From the NCBI GenBank assembly GCA_035296965.1, contig DATGZX010000367.1, positions 1 through 58,923 on the forward strand: a DNA stretch of 58,923 nucleotides, read 5' to 3'. This DNA is from Gemmataceae bacterium (GTDB lineage Bacteria; Planctomycetota; Planctomycetia; Gemmatales; Gemmataceae). Position numbers and translations under genes: made by a program. The notes beneath the pieces were generated by a model. That model made no database searches and was not told the DNA's origin. It saw only the letters and a program-made list of their open reading frames with translations. This document shows, piece by piece, positions 40,842-49,266 of this stretch (its first letter is position 1; every line of letters starts with the position of its first letter).

Positions 40842-42500
40842 TTAACTTGAAGCTGCGCTGGGCGGCGCATCAGGCGCCGCGACGTCTGGGACGGTCGTGG
40901 CGCCGTTCGGAGTGGTCGTCTCGGGCTTGAGCCGGGCCAGGTAGTCCGGCATCTCCACGCCGCCGATGTCCTTGAGCACTTGCATCATCGGCGGCATCGA
41001 GCGCACCAGCCCCTGCAGGAAATGGGAGGTGTTGCCGCCCGTGCCGTTGCTGCCGCCGTTTTCCCAGACAACCACCTTGTCGAACTTGATGTTGGAAATC
41101 GCCTTGGCGGACGTTTCCGCGAGCCGGTCCACGTGCTCCAGCATCAGCAGTTGATAAGCCTGCGTGGCGCCGCCGCAGGCTTCGACGATGCGGCGCAAGC
41201 CTTCTGCTTTCTGCGACAGGATTTCGTATTGTCCCTTGGCTTCCGCTTCCAGCTTGGCGAAGATCGCCTTCGCCTGTCCCTCGGCTTCGAGCCGAATGCG
41301 TTCAGCGGCGGCCTCAGCCTCGACGATGATGCGGGCCTTCTCGGCCTTGGCCGGTGCTTCCACAGCGGCGCGGCGCTCGGCTTCCACGCGCTCGGCGTCG
41401 GCCAGTGCAGCCTTAGCCTGGGCGCGGTTTTGCGCTTCCTGGACGGCCGCTTCGGCCTGGCGCTTCTTGGTTTCGCCGAGTTGGAAAGCCTCGGCCTGCT
41501 TGACCTGCAGGTTGGCCTGGGCCAGGGCGATCTCGGCCTGGGCCACAGCCTCGCCGGAGACTGCCTTGGCATTGGCGTCGGCCAAGGCGATGCGCATCGT
41601 GCGCTCCGCGTCTTTCACCTGGGCATCGCGCTCGAAGCCCGCCCTCTGTTCGCCGATTTTCTGCTCCTTGTCCAACTCGGCCAGGCGGACGGCTTGCTCG
41701 CGGCTCGCCTCGCGGGTGCCGATCTCCCGCAGCTTATGGGCGTTGGCGACCTGGACCGCGGTGGTTTGCTGGGCCGCGGCCACACCGATGGCCCCGACCT
41801 TTTCCTGCTCGGCCACGTCGATGAGCGCCTGTTGCACCGCCTGCGACGCCGCCTTCTTGCCAATGGCCTGAATGTACCCGGATTCATCCGTAATATCCGT
41901 GATGTTGACGTTGATCAGCACCAACCCGATTTTGCGCAGCTCCGGCTCCAGAGAAGCCTGGATTCTTTGCAGGAACTGCTCGCGGTGGCGATTGATGTCC
42001 TCGATCCGCATCGAGGCGATGACCTGGCGGAGCTGACCGAAAATGATGTGCTCGGCCTGCTTCTTGATCTCCTCGGTATTGAGACCAAGCAGGCGGATGG
42101 CGGCGTTTTGCATGACCTCCGGCTCGGTGCCGATCGCCACCGTAAAAACGCTCGGCACATTGACGCGGATGTTCTCAATGGACAGGGCGCCGCGGAGCGG
42201 CACCTCGATCTGGATCGGCTCCAGGTTCAGGTAGCCGTAGTCCTGGATGAGCGGCATGACCAGGGCCGCTCCGCCATGGATACAGTGGGCCGTGTTGCCC
42301 CCGCCCACCTTGCCGTAGATGACGAGCACGCGGTTGCTGGGGCAACGCCGGTAACGGCTGGCGAACAGCGAGGCCAGGCTGAGGAACGCCAGGGCCGCGA
42401 CGGCAGCCATGATTCCAAGCCAAAGCGAGGACGAGTTCTCGACGCCGCCGGCAGCCAGCAAGGGACTAAACATGACTGACATTCTCCGCAGTAGGGGCAA
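40842..42500 (-). CDS. Flotillin-like SPFH/Band-7 protein
   Basis: N-terminal TM helix followed by RYRRCPSNRVLVIYGK, which marks the SPFH start as in YqiK/FloT. There is a long Ala/Glu-rich coiled coil in the middle. The true start is probably one of the internal Met codons between about 42410 and 42482, because the longest ORF overlaps the upstream kinase gene. Confidence 0.75.
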   Translation of the reverse strand: MPLLRRMSVMFSPLLAAGGVENSSSLWLGIMAAVAALAFLSLASLFASRYRRCPSNRVLVIYGKVGGGNTAHCIHGGAALVMPLIQDYGYLNLEPIQIEVPLRGALSIENIRVNVPSVFTVAIGTEPEVMQNAAIRLLGLNTEEIKKQAEHIIFGQLRQVIASMRIEDINRHREQFLQRIQASLEPELRKIGLVLINVNITDITDESGYIQAIGKKAASQAVQQALIDVAEQEKVGAIGVAAAQQTTAVQVANAHKLREIGTREASREQAVRLAELDKEQKIGEQRAGFERDAQVKDAERTMRIALADANAKAVSGEAVAQAEIALAQANLQVKQAEAFQLGETKKRQAEAAVQEAQNRAQAKAALADAERVEAERRAAVEAPAKAEKARIIVEAEAAAERIRLEAEGQAKAIFAKLEAEAKGQYEILSQKAEGLRRIVEACGGATQAYQLLMLEHVDRLAETSAKAISNIKFDKVVVWENGGSNGTGGNTSHFLQGLVRSMPPMMQVLKDIGGVEMPDYLARLKPETTTPNGATTVPDVAAPDAPPSAASS

Positions 42501-44457
42501 GGATGACTTCCACAGTATCGGTACCGAGGACCGCCACGACCACGACCTTCGACCCTGTCTCCAGGGTGTCTTCGGCGGTGACGGCCTGGTACTCCATGGT
42601 GCGATTCTGCACGTTGAGCAGGACTTTGCCGAGGCCGGCCTTGTGTCCGGGGATCGGCAGATATACGGTGCCGGCGCGGCCGACGGCGCGGCGAATGCGG
42701 ACGGAGCCGTCCGATTGGAGACTGACCAGCACGCGCATCAGCCAGGCGACCAGGAGAAGGGCGCCGCCGCCGGCTGCCAAGGCCAGGGCCAGCGTCTGGG
42801 CCGGTTGGAAACCGGCCGCGTCGGCTGCCCGCCCACCCAGCCCGAAGAAGGCTACGGCGGCGATGAATGTGCGAACCGTCAGCAACCGAACGAAACCTGT
42901 TGCGTGGGCATCGTGATTGGGGTCGTGCACGTCCTCCGCGTGGCCCGGCTCGCCGCCGAGGTCGTGACCATCGATGCCGTCGCCATGGTGGCCCAGTCCC
43001 AGCAGGCCAAGCAGGAACTGGCAGACCAGCACTGTGCCTCCCATAACGGCGCAGACCGAGTAGAGCATCGTTAATTGATCGTTCAAGGTCTCCTCCCTGC
43101 CTCTCTGGATGAGAACTATCAGGGCGCTCACGAGAATCAGCCCGCCGCACGCGGCACACATGGACGCAACCAGGCGCCAGTGCCGCCGTGGCGGTCCCCC
43201 GGCATTCTGCGGCAGCGCCGGCTCCTCGGCGGCATTCCCGCGGGCATCGAGCGCGTGCACGACATCCGCGGGCGTCGGGTAGCGCTGTGCCGGATCCTTC
43301 GCCAGCATCCGCTCGACGATGCGAACCAGCTCCGGAGGCGCATCGAGGCGGAACTGTGTCAGGGGTGGCGGCGTTCGCTCCGCGTGGGCGATTAGCTTGT
43401 CAATCGCGTCGCCCGTGGGAAACGGCGGCTGGCCGGTAACCAGGTAGTACAGCGTGCAACCCAGGCTGTAGATGTCGGCGCGAATATCGGCGCTTTGTGG
43501 GCTGGCCGCTTGTTCGGGGGCCATGTAGTCTGGCGTCCCGAGCATAGCGCCGGCTTGCGTCAACCCTGGGGCGGGCGTGGCGAAACCTCCGGCGGCCGGC
43601 GCGCCTGCGGCCGGAGCAGAATCCCGAGCCAAGCGGGCCAGCCCGAAATCCAGGATCTTGATCTGGCCTTCGGGGGTGCGGATCAGGTTGGCCGGCTTGA
43701 TGTCACGATGGACCATGCCATGTTGGAACGCGTACTGGAGTCCGAGGGCCGCCTGGCGAACGCAGTCGCAGGCCAGCGGAATCGGCAGCGGCCCCTGGCG
43801 CTTGACGAGTCGATCCAGGCTGTCGCCCTCGACATATTCCATGACGAGGAAATGAATATCGCCGGCTTGTTCCGCATCGTAAGCCGTGACGATGTGCGGG
43901 TGCACCAACTGGGCGGCGCTGCGGACCTCGCGGCGGAAGCGCTCAATCGCGGCCGGGTCGCCGGTCAGGGCGCGGTTAATGACCTTCAGGGCTACCAGCC
44001 GGCCCATCAACAGATGCTCGGCCTTGTAGACCACGCCCATGCCGCCGATCCCCAGCAATTCCAGGACGCGATAGCGCGGGTGCTGGGCCAGTTCCGGTGG
44101 CACGCCAGGGTCGCCGGCCAGCGGCAGGATGGCGTTGGTCAACGTTGGCGCCTCCTGTGGAACCACGCTCTCGGTGCTGGCATTCGCTTGCAGCTTGGCA
44201 ACGAAGGAATCCGCCGGCAGATTCTCCAGAATGGTCCGGCACAGTGTGCAATCTTCCAGGTGCTCCTGGACGGTCGCCGCCGCAGTCTCGTCGAGCCTGC
44301 CCAGGCCGAACGCGGCCAACTGCTCGCGATCGGGATGTGAAAGGCCTACGCCGTTCATCGGACGAACTCCTTGCCGCACCAAGCGGTGGGGAACGATGCT
44401 TGACGCCCTCCATAAAGGAAAGTGCGCCGGCGACGCCATCCTGTACGAAAACCCCAA
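42466..44457 (-). CDS. Fusion protein: anti-sigma-factor-like zinc finger, Ser/Thr protein kinase, TM region, NfeD-like C-terminal domain
   Basis: N-terminal HPDREQLAAFGLGRL...HLEDCTLCRTIL is anti-sigma zinc-finger-like. Kinase motifs follow: GIGGMGVVYKAEH, VALK, HRDIKPANL, DFGLA. Then come Pro/Ala-rich and His-rich segments and TM helices. The C-terminus (...GKVLLNVQNRTMEYQAVTAED.LETGSKVVVVAVLGTDTVEV) resembles the NfeD beta-barrel. The start codon directly abuts the upstream sigma-factor stop. Confidence 0.65.
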   Translation of the reverse strand: MGFSYRMASPAHFPLWRASSIVPHRLVRQGVRPMNGVGLSHPDREQLAAFGLGRLDETAAATVQEHLEDCTLCRTILENLPADSFVAKLQANASTESVVPQEAPTLTNAILPLAGDPGVPPELAQHPRYRVLELLGIGGMGVVYKAEHLLMGRLVALKVINRALTGDPAAIERFRREVRSAAQLVHPHIVTAYDAEQAGDIHFLVMEYVEGDSLDRLVKRQGPLPIPLACDCVRQAALGLQYAFQHGMVHRDIKPANLIRTPEGQIKILDFGLARLARDSAPAAGAPAAGGFATPAPGLTQAGAMLGTPDYMAPEQAASPQSADIRADIYSLGCTLYYLVTGQPPFPTGDAIDKLIAHAERTPPPLTQFRLDAPPELVRIVERMLAKDPAQRYPTPADVVHALDARGNAAEEPALPQNAGGPPRRHWRLVASMCAACGGLILVSALIVLIQRGREETLNDQLTMLYSVCAVMGGTVLVCQFLLGLLGLGHHGDGIDGHDLGGEPGHAEDVHDPNHDAHATGFVRLLTVRTFIAAVAFFGLGGRAADAAGFQPAQTLALALAAGGGALLLVAWLMRVLVSLQSDGSVRIRRAVGRAGTVYLPIPGHKAGLGKVLLNVQNRTMEYQAVTAEDTLETGSKVVVVAVLGTDTVEVILAPTAENVSHV

Positions 44458-45048
44458 TTAGTCGATCAACCCGCGCGACTCTTGCCGTAAGCGCCTGAGC
44501 ACGCGTGACTTGGCGAGTAAGACCGCGTTGACGGTCATGCCCAGGTCGGCGGCAACGGCGGCGGCGCGCTCGCCTTTCAAGGCCGTGCGCGTGAATGATT
44601 GCCAGCTCTTTGCGTTGAACTCCGGCTCGATCAGCTCCCGCAGCCGCTGAAGCACGTACTGATCATGTTCCTGGTCCCACAGCGTGCTCAGGTCACTTTC
44701 TGGATCTTCGAGCTGCGCCAGTTCTTCGTCGATCGAGTTGTCTCCGTACGTCATAGGCCGCGATTTCTGCGCGCGGCGAAAAGCCAGCAGGCGATGGACC
44801 GCGATGGTCCGCAACCAGCACCGGAACGCGCCCGCTCGGTGGCTGTGCTGAAACGTCGGCAAGCCGCGAATCACCTGACCCAGCACGTCTTGCACGAGAT
44901 CGTCCAGGTCGTGGGACTGCAACGCCCCGCCGAAGCGGCGCAGCCAGCCTTGGATCAACGGCGTGTATAGATCCACAAGCCGCTTCCACGACGGGCCGTC
45001 AGGATGCAGGCGTATCCGGTCCAGAAGACTGGCGGAAGTGTCCGGCAT
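44458..45048 (-). CDS. ECF (sigma-70 family) RNA polymerase sigma factor
   Basis: The sigma2 and sigma4 regions are recognisable (LVQDVLGQVIRGLPTFQ...FRCWLRTIAVHRLL; ...AADLGMTVNAVLLAKSRVLRRLRQ). Length is 196 aa. Confidence 0.85.
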   Translation of the reverse strand: MPDTSASLLDRIRLHPDGPSWKRLVDLYTPLIQGWLRRFGGALQSHDLDDLVQDVLGQVIRGLPTFQHSHRAGAFRCWLRTIAVHRLLAFRRAQKSRPMTYGDNSIDEELAQLEDPESDLSTLWDQEHDQYVLQRLRELIEPEFNAKSWQSFTRTALKGERAAAVAADLGMTVNAVLLAKSRVLRRLRQESRGLID

Positions 45049-45414
45049 TTGGCGTTTCCGGATGTCTCTTCAGCGATAGGCTGATTATCAGTGTACCGGG
45101 CAGTATCCGCAAGCGCTTTCCTGCCGCTTCCGGTTTCACCGATGAGGCAAGGGGTTCCAGTTGCGTCGAGTTTGCGGGCGGCGCCACACCAGGGAGGATA
45201 GCCAGTCCATCATCCAAGCCCAAGCCAGCCATCGAGCCCCGAATTCTTTACTTCCGCGTGCCGACCCAGTATTCCTCAGCTTTGGCACAAAGATCAAGAG
45301 GGAGAATAACCCGGCCGCCAACGGCCGCGTTCGGTCCTGTCTCTGTGCGCGCCCTGCCCTGCCTCTATAATAATAATCGTGAGGCATGTCCCAGAGTCGA
45401 AGGCCAGGAGTGCA

Positions 45415-45762
45415 ATGTCTGCGTCCCGTTCAGTACCATTGCTGCCATTGACCCTGAACAAGGAGGGAGCGGATCGTCTTGTCATTCAATGGAATGACGG
45501 CCACCGCAGTGTCTATGCCTGGCAACACCTGCGAAATTGCTGTCCGTGTGCGGCCTGCCGAGAGGAACATCTGAAACCGGTCGATCCTTTCCGCATCCTG
45601 AAAGCCACCGAGCTGGTGCCGCTGGCGCCGGTCGCCATGGCGCCGGTCGGGCACTATGCCTATAAGATCACCTGGAGCGACGGCCATGACTCGGGGATCT
45701 ACACGCTTGAGAGCCTCCGGGAGTTATGCCAGTGCCCGGCATGTGCCGGCAAAGCAAAATAA
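45415..45762 (+). CDS. DUF971 protein, the usual ApbC/Mrp neighbour
   Basis: LVIQWNDGHRSVYAWQHLRNCCPCAACREE...YAYKITWSDGHDSGIYTLESLRELCQCPAC is the duplicated DUF971 pattern. The internal ATG was preferred to the upstream GTG because a TATAAT-like box lies directly upstream of that GTG. Confidence 0.7.
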   Translation: MSASRSVPLLPLTLNKEGADRLVIQWNDGHRSVYAWQHLRNCCPCAACREEHLKPVDPFRILKATELVPLAPVAMAPVGHYAYKITWSDGHDSGIYTLESLRELCQCPACAGKAK

Positions 45763-45787
45763 CGATTCTAAGATGGGAGCCTGAAGC

Positions 45788-46609
45788 ATGCAGCCCACTC
45801 ACGGAGCGGGACAGCCAAAGATCACCTTGCCTGGCGTCAAGTCGATTGTAGCCGTGGCCAGCGGCAAGGGAGGCGTCGGGAAATCGACGGTGGCTGCGAA
45901 TCTTGCCCTGGCTCTGCGCATGCAAGGTCAGCGGGTCGGTCTTCTGGACGCCGACATCTATGGACCCAGCGTCCCTTTGATGATGGGCGTGCCGCTCGTT
46001 GATCCCCAGAACACCGCATTTCCGCTCGAACGCTATGGCCTCAAGCTCATGTCGATGGGATTTCTGGTTGAGCCGCAAAAGGCCGTCATCTGGCGCGGGC
46101 CAATGGTGGATCGCTATCTTCGCCAATTCTTGATGGCCATTCCATGGGGCGACCTCGATACCATGATCATTGACTTGCCGCCCGGCACAGGGGATGCGCA
46201 GCTCACGCTGACACAGGCCGTGCCCCTGTCGGGCGCAATCATCGTTACCACTCCTCAAGAAGTGAGCCTGATCGATGCCCGCAAGGGGCTACAGATGTTT
46301 CGCGAAGTGCGTGTGCCGATACTCGGCATCGTTGAGAATATGAGCTATTTCGTTGGAGATGACGGCAAACGCTACCACATCTTCCGTCACGGCGGTGGGG
46401 AAAAACTTGCCAAGGAATCAGGTGTGCCCTTGCTTGGAGAGATTCCCATCGACGAACGGGTGGCCGAGTGCGGGGACAACGGCGATCCCATCGTACACAA
46501 GTACCCTGATTCACCCATCGCCAAATCCTATCAGGGCCTGGCAACCACGGTGATCAAACAGCTTGCGGAGATGACCAAGCCGCCGGAGCTGCCGGGACTG
46601 CAGCTCTAG
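45788..46609 (+). CDS. apbC: Fe-S cluster carrier ATPase ApbC/Mrp
   Basis: P-loop VASGKGGVGKST, LLDADIYGPS, the CxxC-type motif, and the C-terminal family signature. Confidence 0.9.
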   Translation: MQPTHGAGQPKITLPGVKSIVAVASGKGGVGKSTVAANLALALRMQGQRVGLLDADIYGPSVPLMMGVPLVDPQNTAFPLERYGLKLMSMGFLVEPQKAVIWRGPMVDRYLRQFLMAIPWGDLDTMIIDLPPGTGDAQLTLTQAVPLSGAIIVTTPQEVSLIDARKGLQMFREVRVPILGIVENMSYFVGDDGKRYHIFRHGGGEKLAKESGVPLLGEIPIDERVAECGDNGDPIVHKYPDSPIAKSYQGLATTVIKQLAEMTKPPELPGLQL

Positions 46610-47220
46610 CGCGGGCTGCACATTCTAATGGTGGCGGACCGTAGCAGCGGGCCGAGCAGGGACGCGGCCCGGAAGTCCTCCGCGCACGGGTCGAACATTT
46701 GAATGGGCCGCGTTTGCGCTTTTTCTGACAGGAGAAGAAGGCGCGGTCGGCGGTCCAATCACGGGCCCTGAGAACATGGTCCAGAGCGCAATGCCGGCAA
46801 CCCAGCGAAAGTTCATGGTAGTATGCCGCTGCTCCCGGAGGCACGGAGCAGGACGTTCCCCATCGGTGCGAGTCTTTGGGGCGAATTCGCCAGTGAATGA
46901 TTAGCAAGCTCTGTGCCAACTGGCTGGGCCGTCTCCGTTCTTCAGGTTCGGATGGTCGTAAGAATCGCAGCAGACTGGAGATAAAGGAGGTATGTCGTAT
47001 TCGGGATGCCGCTGTGCATGGCCACGAGTGTATCGATACCTGAACAGTTTGTTTCGCCGAAGGTTAAAACCTGGTTACGGGCGAGCCTCCGGGCCAGCGG
47101 CCGATGAAGCTAAATGGACAGTGACACTTGTCGATTTGGGCAAGTAATTGTGATGTATGGCTTCATTGGATCCTGCCAAACTTTACGCATGTTGAAGAGC
47201 ATCTCGGGATACCTCTCTCT

Positions 47221-47402
47221 TACGCCAAAGGCGTTACAGCGCAAAGCCCGGAGTCGCGACAGCGCACTCCGGGAATATCGCCGAGCTCGGTTGCATCTTA
47301 CACCGAAGGTGTTGCAGCGCAGAATTTCCACGAAGCCCCACACCCTCCGGGGTGGCGTCGCGTCCTCCGCAATCCCACATGCGCTGCAACGCCTACGGCG
47401 TA
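47221..47402. repeat. Three copies (two direct, one inverted, about 77-80 bp apart) of a ~23-nt motif made of a short palindrome plus TTRCAGCGCA. Two further palindromes lie between them.
   Basis: tacgccaaaggcgttacagcgca at about 47221. ttacaccgaaggtgttgcagcgca at about 47298. tgcgctgcaacgcctacggcgtag, the inverted copy, at about 47379. Also cccggagtcgcgacagcgcactccggg at about 47246 and caccctccggggtg at about 47341. The region lies inside a roughly 1-kb non-coding gap between convergent genes. Confidence 0.55.
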
Positions 47403-47652
47403 GGGATTCCTAGAATTGGCCCAGCTTGCCAGGTGCCGCCGGTCTTGCGGCCTGGCGCTCACGCAATGCCCCGCAGGCCGCGAAGCCGGGTCGTGATGCA
47501 AAGTGCAACAAGATGGCCAGACGGGCATTTTCAATTCAGCTCTTACAAGCTTAGTTGGATAGCGCCTCCTTTCTCCTATCCCAGGCAGGCCCAACTATCT
47601 GCCCGCAACGCACTTCCTTCATACGTTTCATCAAAAGCTGCCCAACTAAGAT

Positions 47653-49128
47653 CTATTCGATTGCATCCTCGTTCCCGGTGACAGTCCGGGCAATCGTGAT
47701 GCCTAGTTCGCGGAGCTTGGTTCGTAAGCTTCCGCGGGTTATTCCCAAGATCTTGGCCGCTTGCAACTGGTTGCCACCAGTGTGCTGCAGGACGCGCGTA
47801 AGCAGGATCCGTTCCACGCGGCGCAACAGTTCATCATAGAGATTGGCCGTCCCGCTTTGGAGTCGATCCTCGACGAGTTGTGCCAGGGCCGGAAATCCTT
47901 CGCTGCCGTTAAGTTGCTTTCCCTTCGCTAAGAGGATGGCGCTCTCGAGCAGGTGATCTTTATCGCGCAGCGAATCGGGTAGAAAATCTGGCAACAAGGT
48001 CGGGCCCACGGCCTGTAGGAGCGCCTGTTTGAGCGCACTCTGCAATTCGCGGACATTTCCCGGCCAGGAGTATTGCCGCAGGAGGTCGAGCGTTTCCGGC
48101 GCGACAGTCTGTACTTCTTTGAGCATTTCCAGGTTGAAGCGGTGAAGGTAGTGCTGTACCAATGCAATAAGATCGTCGCCGCGCTCGCGCAGCGGCGGTA
48201 GCCGGATCGTGAATACGCTCAATCGGTAGTACAAATCCTGACGGAATTTTCCGCTCGCGACCAGCGGTTCGAGGTCTTGATTCGTGGCTGCCAGCACGCG
48301 CACGTCCGTTTGAATGGTCTCGTTGCCGCCCAGTCTCTCGAACCGCTGTTCTTGCATGAGGCGCAGCATCTTGCTCTGAGTCAACGGCGACATGTCCGCA
48401 ACTTCGTCGAGAAACAAAGTGCCGCCGGAACATTGTTCGAATTTGCCGATGCGCCGGCGGTCCGCCCCGGTGAACGCGCCCTTCTCGTGGCCGAACAGCT
48501 CGCTTTCGAGGAGATGTTCCGGGATCGCGGCGCAATTGATTGCCAGGAATGGTCCGGCCGCACGGCGGCTGTGCTGGTAAATCGCCCGCGCCACCAATTC
48601 TTTACCCGTACCGCTCTCTCCGCCGATCAGGACCGTGACGTCCTGCTCGGCCACGCGGCCGATGTCCTTGTAGACCTTTTGCATCGCTGGGCAGCGGCCG
48701 ATGATCGCATCAGCGCGATCGTCCACCACCTCGGCCTCCGCGACGACCGCGGGAACGTGCATTTTCCTGCTAATGGCCAAAGCCTGGTCGACCACCTGCC
48801 TGAGCTGCGCTAATTCCAAAGGTTTCAGAAGGTATTCATAGGCCCCTAACTTGGTTGCCTCGATGGCCGTATCCGTCGTGCTCTTGCCGGTAATGAAAAT
48901 CACTGGGCTGCGGGCATCTAATTCGTGAAGCTTGCGCAACACTTCCAGTCCATTCATGTCCGGCAGATGGATATCCAGGATAATGACATCGGGGTGGTAT
49001 TCTTGAGCAAGGGCCAATCCCTCGGTCGCGGTTTCTGCTGTACGAATCTGCAGAGCGCTATCGCGGTAGGCCCGCCGGAAGGCCGCCAGAATCGACGGCT
49101 CATCATCAACGACCAAAAGTGTCGGCAT
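47653..49128 (-). CDS. Sigma-54-dependent two-component response regulator (NtrC family)
   Basis: A REC domain (LVVDDEPSI...DVIILDIHLPDMNGLEV), an AAA+ sigma-54 activator domain (GESGTGKELVARAIY..., the GAFTGA motif, Walker B) and a C-terminal Fis-type HTH. Confidence 0.9.
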   Translation of the reverse strand: MPTLLVVDDEPSILAAFRRAYRDSALQIRTAETATEGLALAQEYHPDVIILDIHLPDMNGLEVLRKLHELDARSPVIFITGKSTTDTAIEATKLGAYEYLLKPLELAQLRQVVDQALAISRKMHVPAVVAEAEVVDDRADAIIGRCPAMQKVYKDIGRVAEQDVTVLIGGESGTGKELVARAIYQHSRRAAGPFLAINCAAIPEHLLESELFGHEKGAFTGADRRRIGKFEQCSGGTLFLDEVADMSPLTQSKMLRLMQEQRFERLGGNETIQTDVRVLAATNQDLEPLVASGKFRQDLYYRLSVFTIRLPPLRERGDDLIALVQHYLHRFNLEMLKEVQTVAPETLDLLRQYSWPGNVRELQSALKQALLQAVGPTLLPDFLPDSLRDKDHLLESAILLAKGKQLNGSEGFPALAQLVEDRLQSGTANLYDELLRRVERILLTRVLQHTGGNQLQAAKILGITRGSLRTKLRELGITIARTVTGNEDAIE

Positions 49129-49154
49129 AGCGTATTCTCGCCTTACTTCCTCAC

Positions 49155-49266
49155 GAGCCTGCTGAAAAAGGGGTCTGACCCCCTACGAAGCTTCACTGAT
49201 TTCCTACCATCTCGGGGGTCTATCGCACTTCGTGGAAGGGGTCTGACCCCTTTTTCAGCAGGCTCC
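49155..49266. repeat. Palindromic element copy B, filling the 138-bp intergenic space between the sensor kinase stop and the response-regulator start
   Basis: gagcctgctgaaaaaggggtctgaccccc ... aaggggtctgacccctttttcagcaggctc: terminal inverted repeats of 28 nt with one mismatch. The inner sequence extends the stem (ctacgaag...cttcgtgg). It shares the core TGAAAAAGGGGTC[A/T]GAC with copy A at 8976-9087. Confidence 0.65.

Noticed and set aside
45356-45378. TATAATAATAAT box immediately upstream of the DUF971 ORF as a -10 element
   Set aside because: Plausible, but there is no convincing -35 at proper spacing (the region is GC-rich, ...tctctgtgcg...). It is mentioned only as support for choosing the internal ATG at 45415 as the start.
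46620-47110. Searched the 1-kb gap and other intergenic regions for tRNA, tmRNA or rRNA
   Set aside because: No cloverleaf-compatible sequence with a T-loop GTTCRANYC motif or CCA context was found by eye. I cannot rule out non-canonical RNAs without a covariance-model search.
46992-47147. 51-codon ORF with upstream aaaggagg
   Set aside because: Not annotated as a feature. The spacing from the GGAGG to the ATG is only about 1-4 nt, there is no homology, and small ORFs arise easily by chance. It is kept only as part of the 1-kb gap finding.
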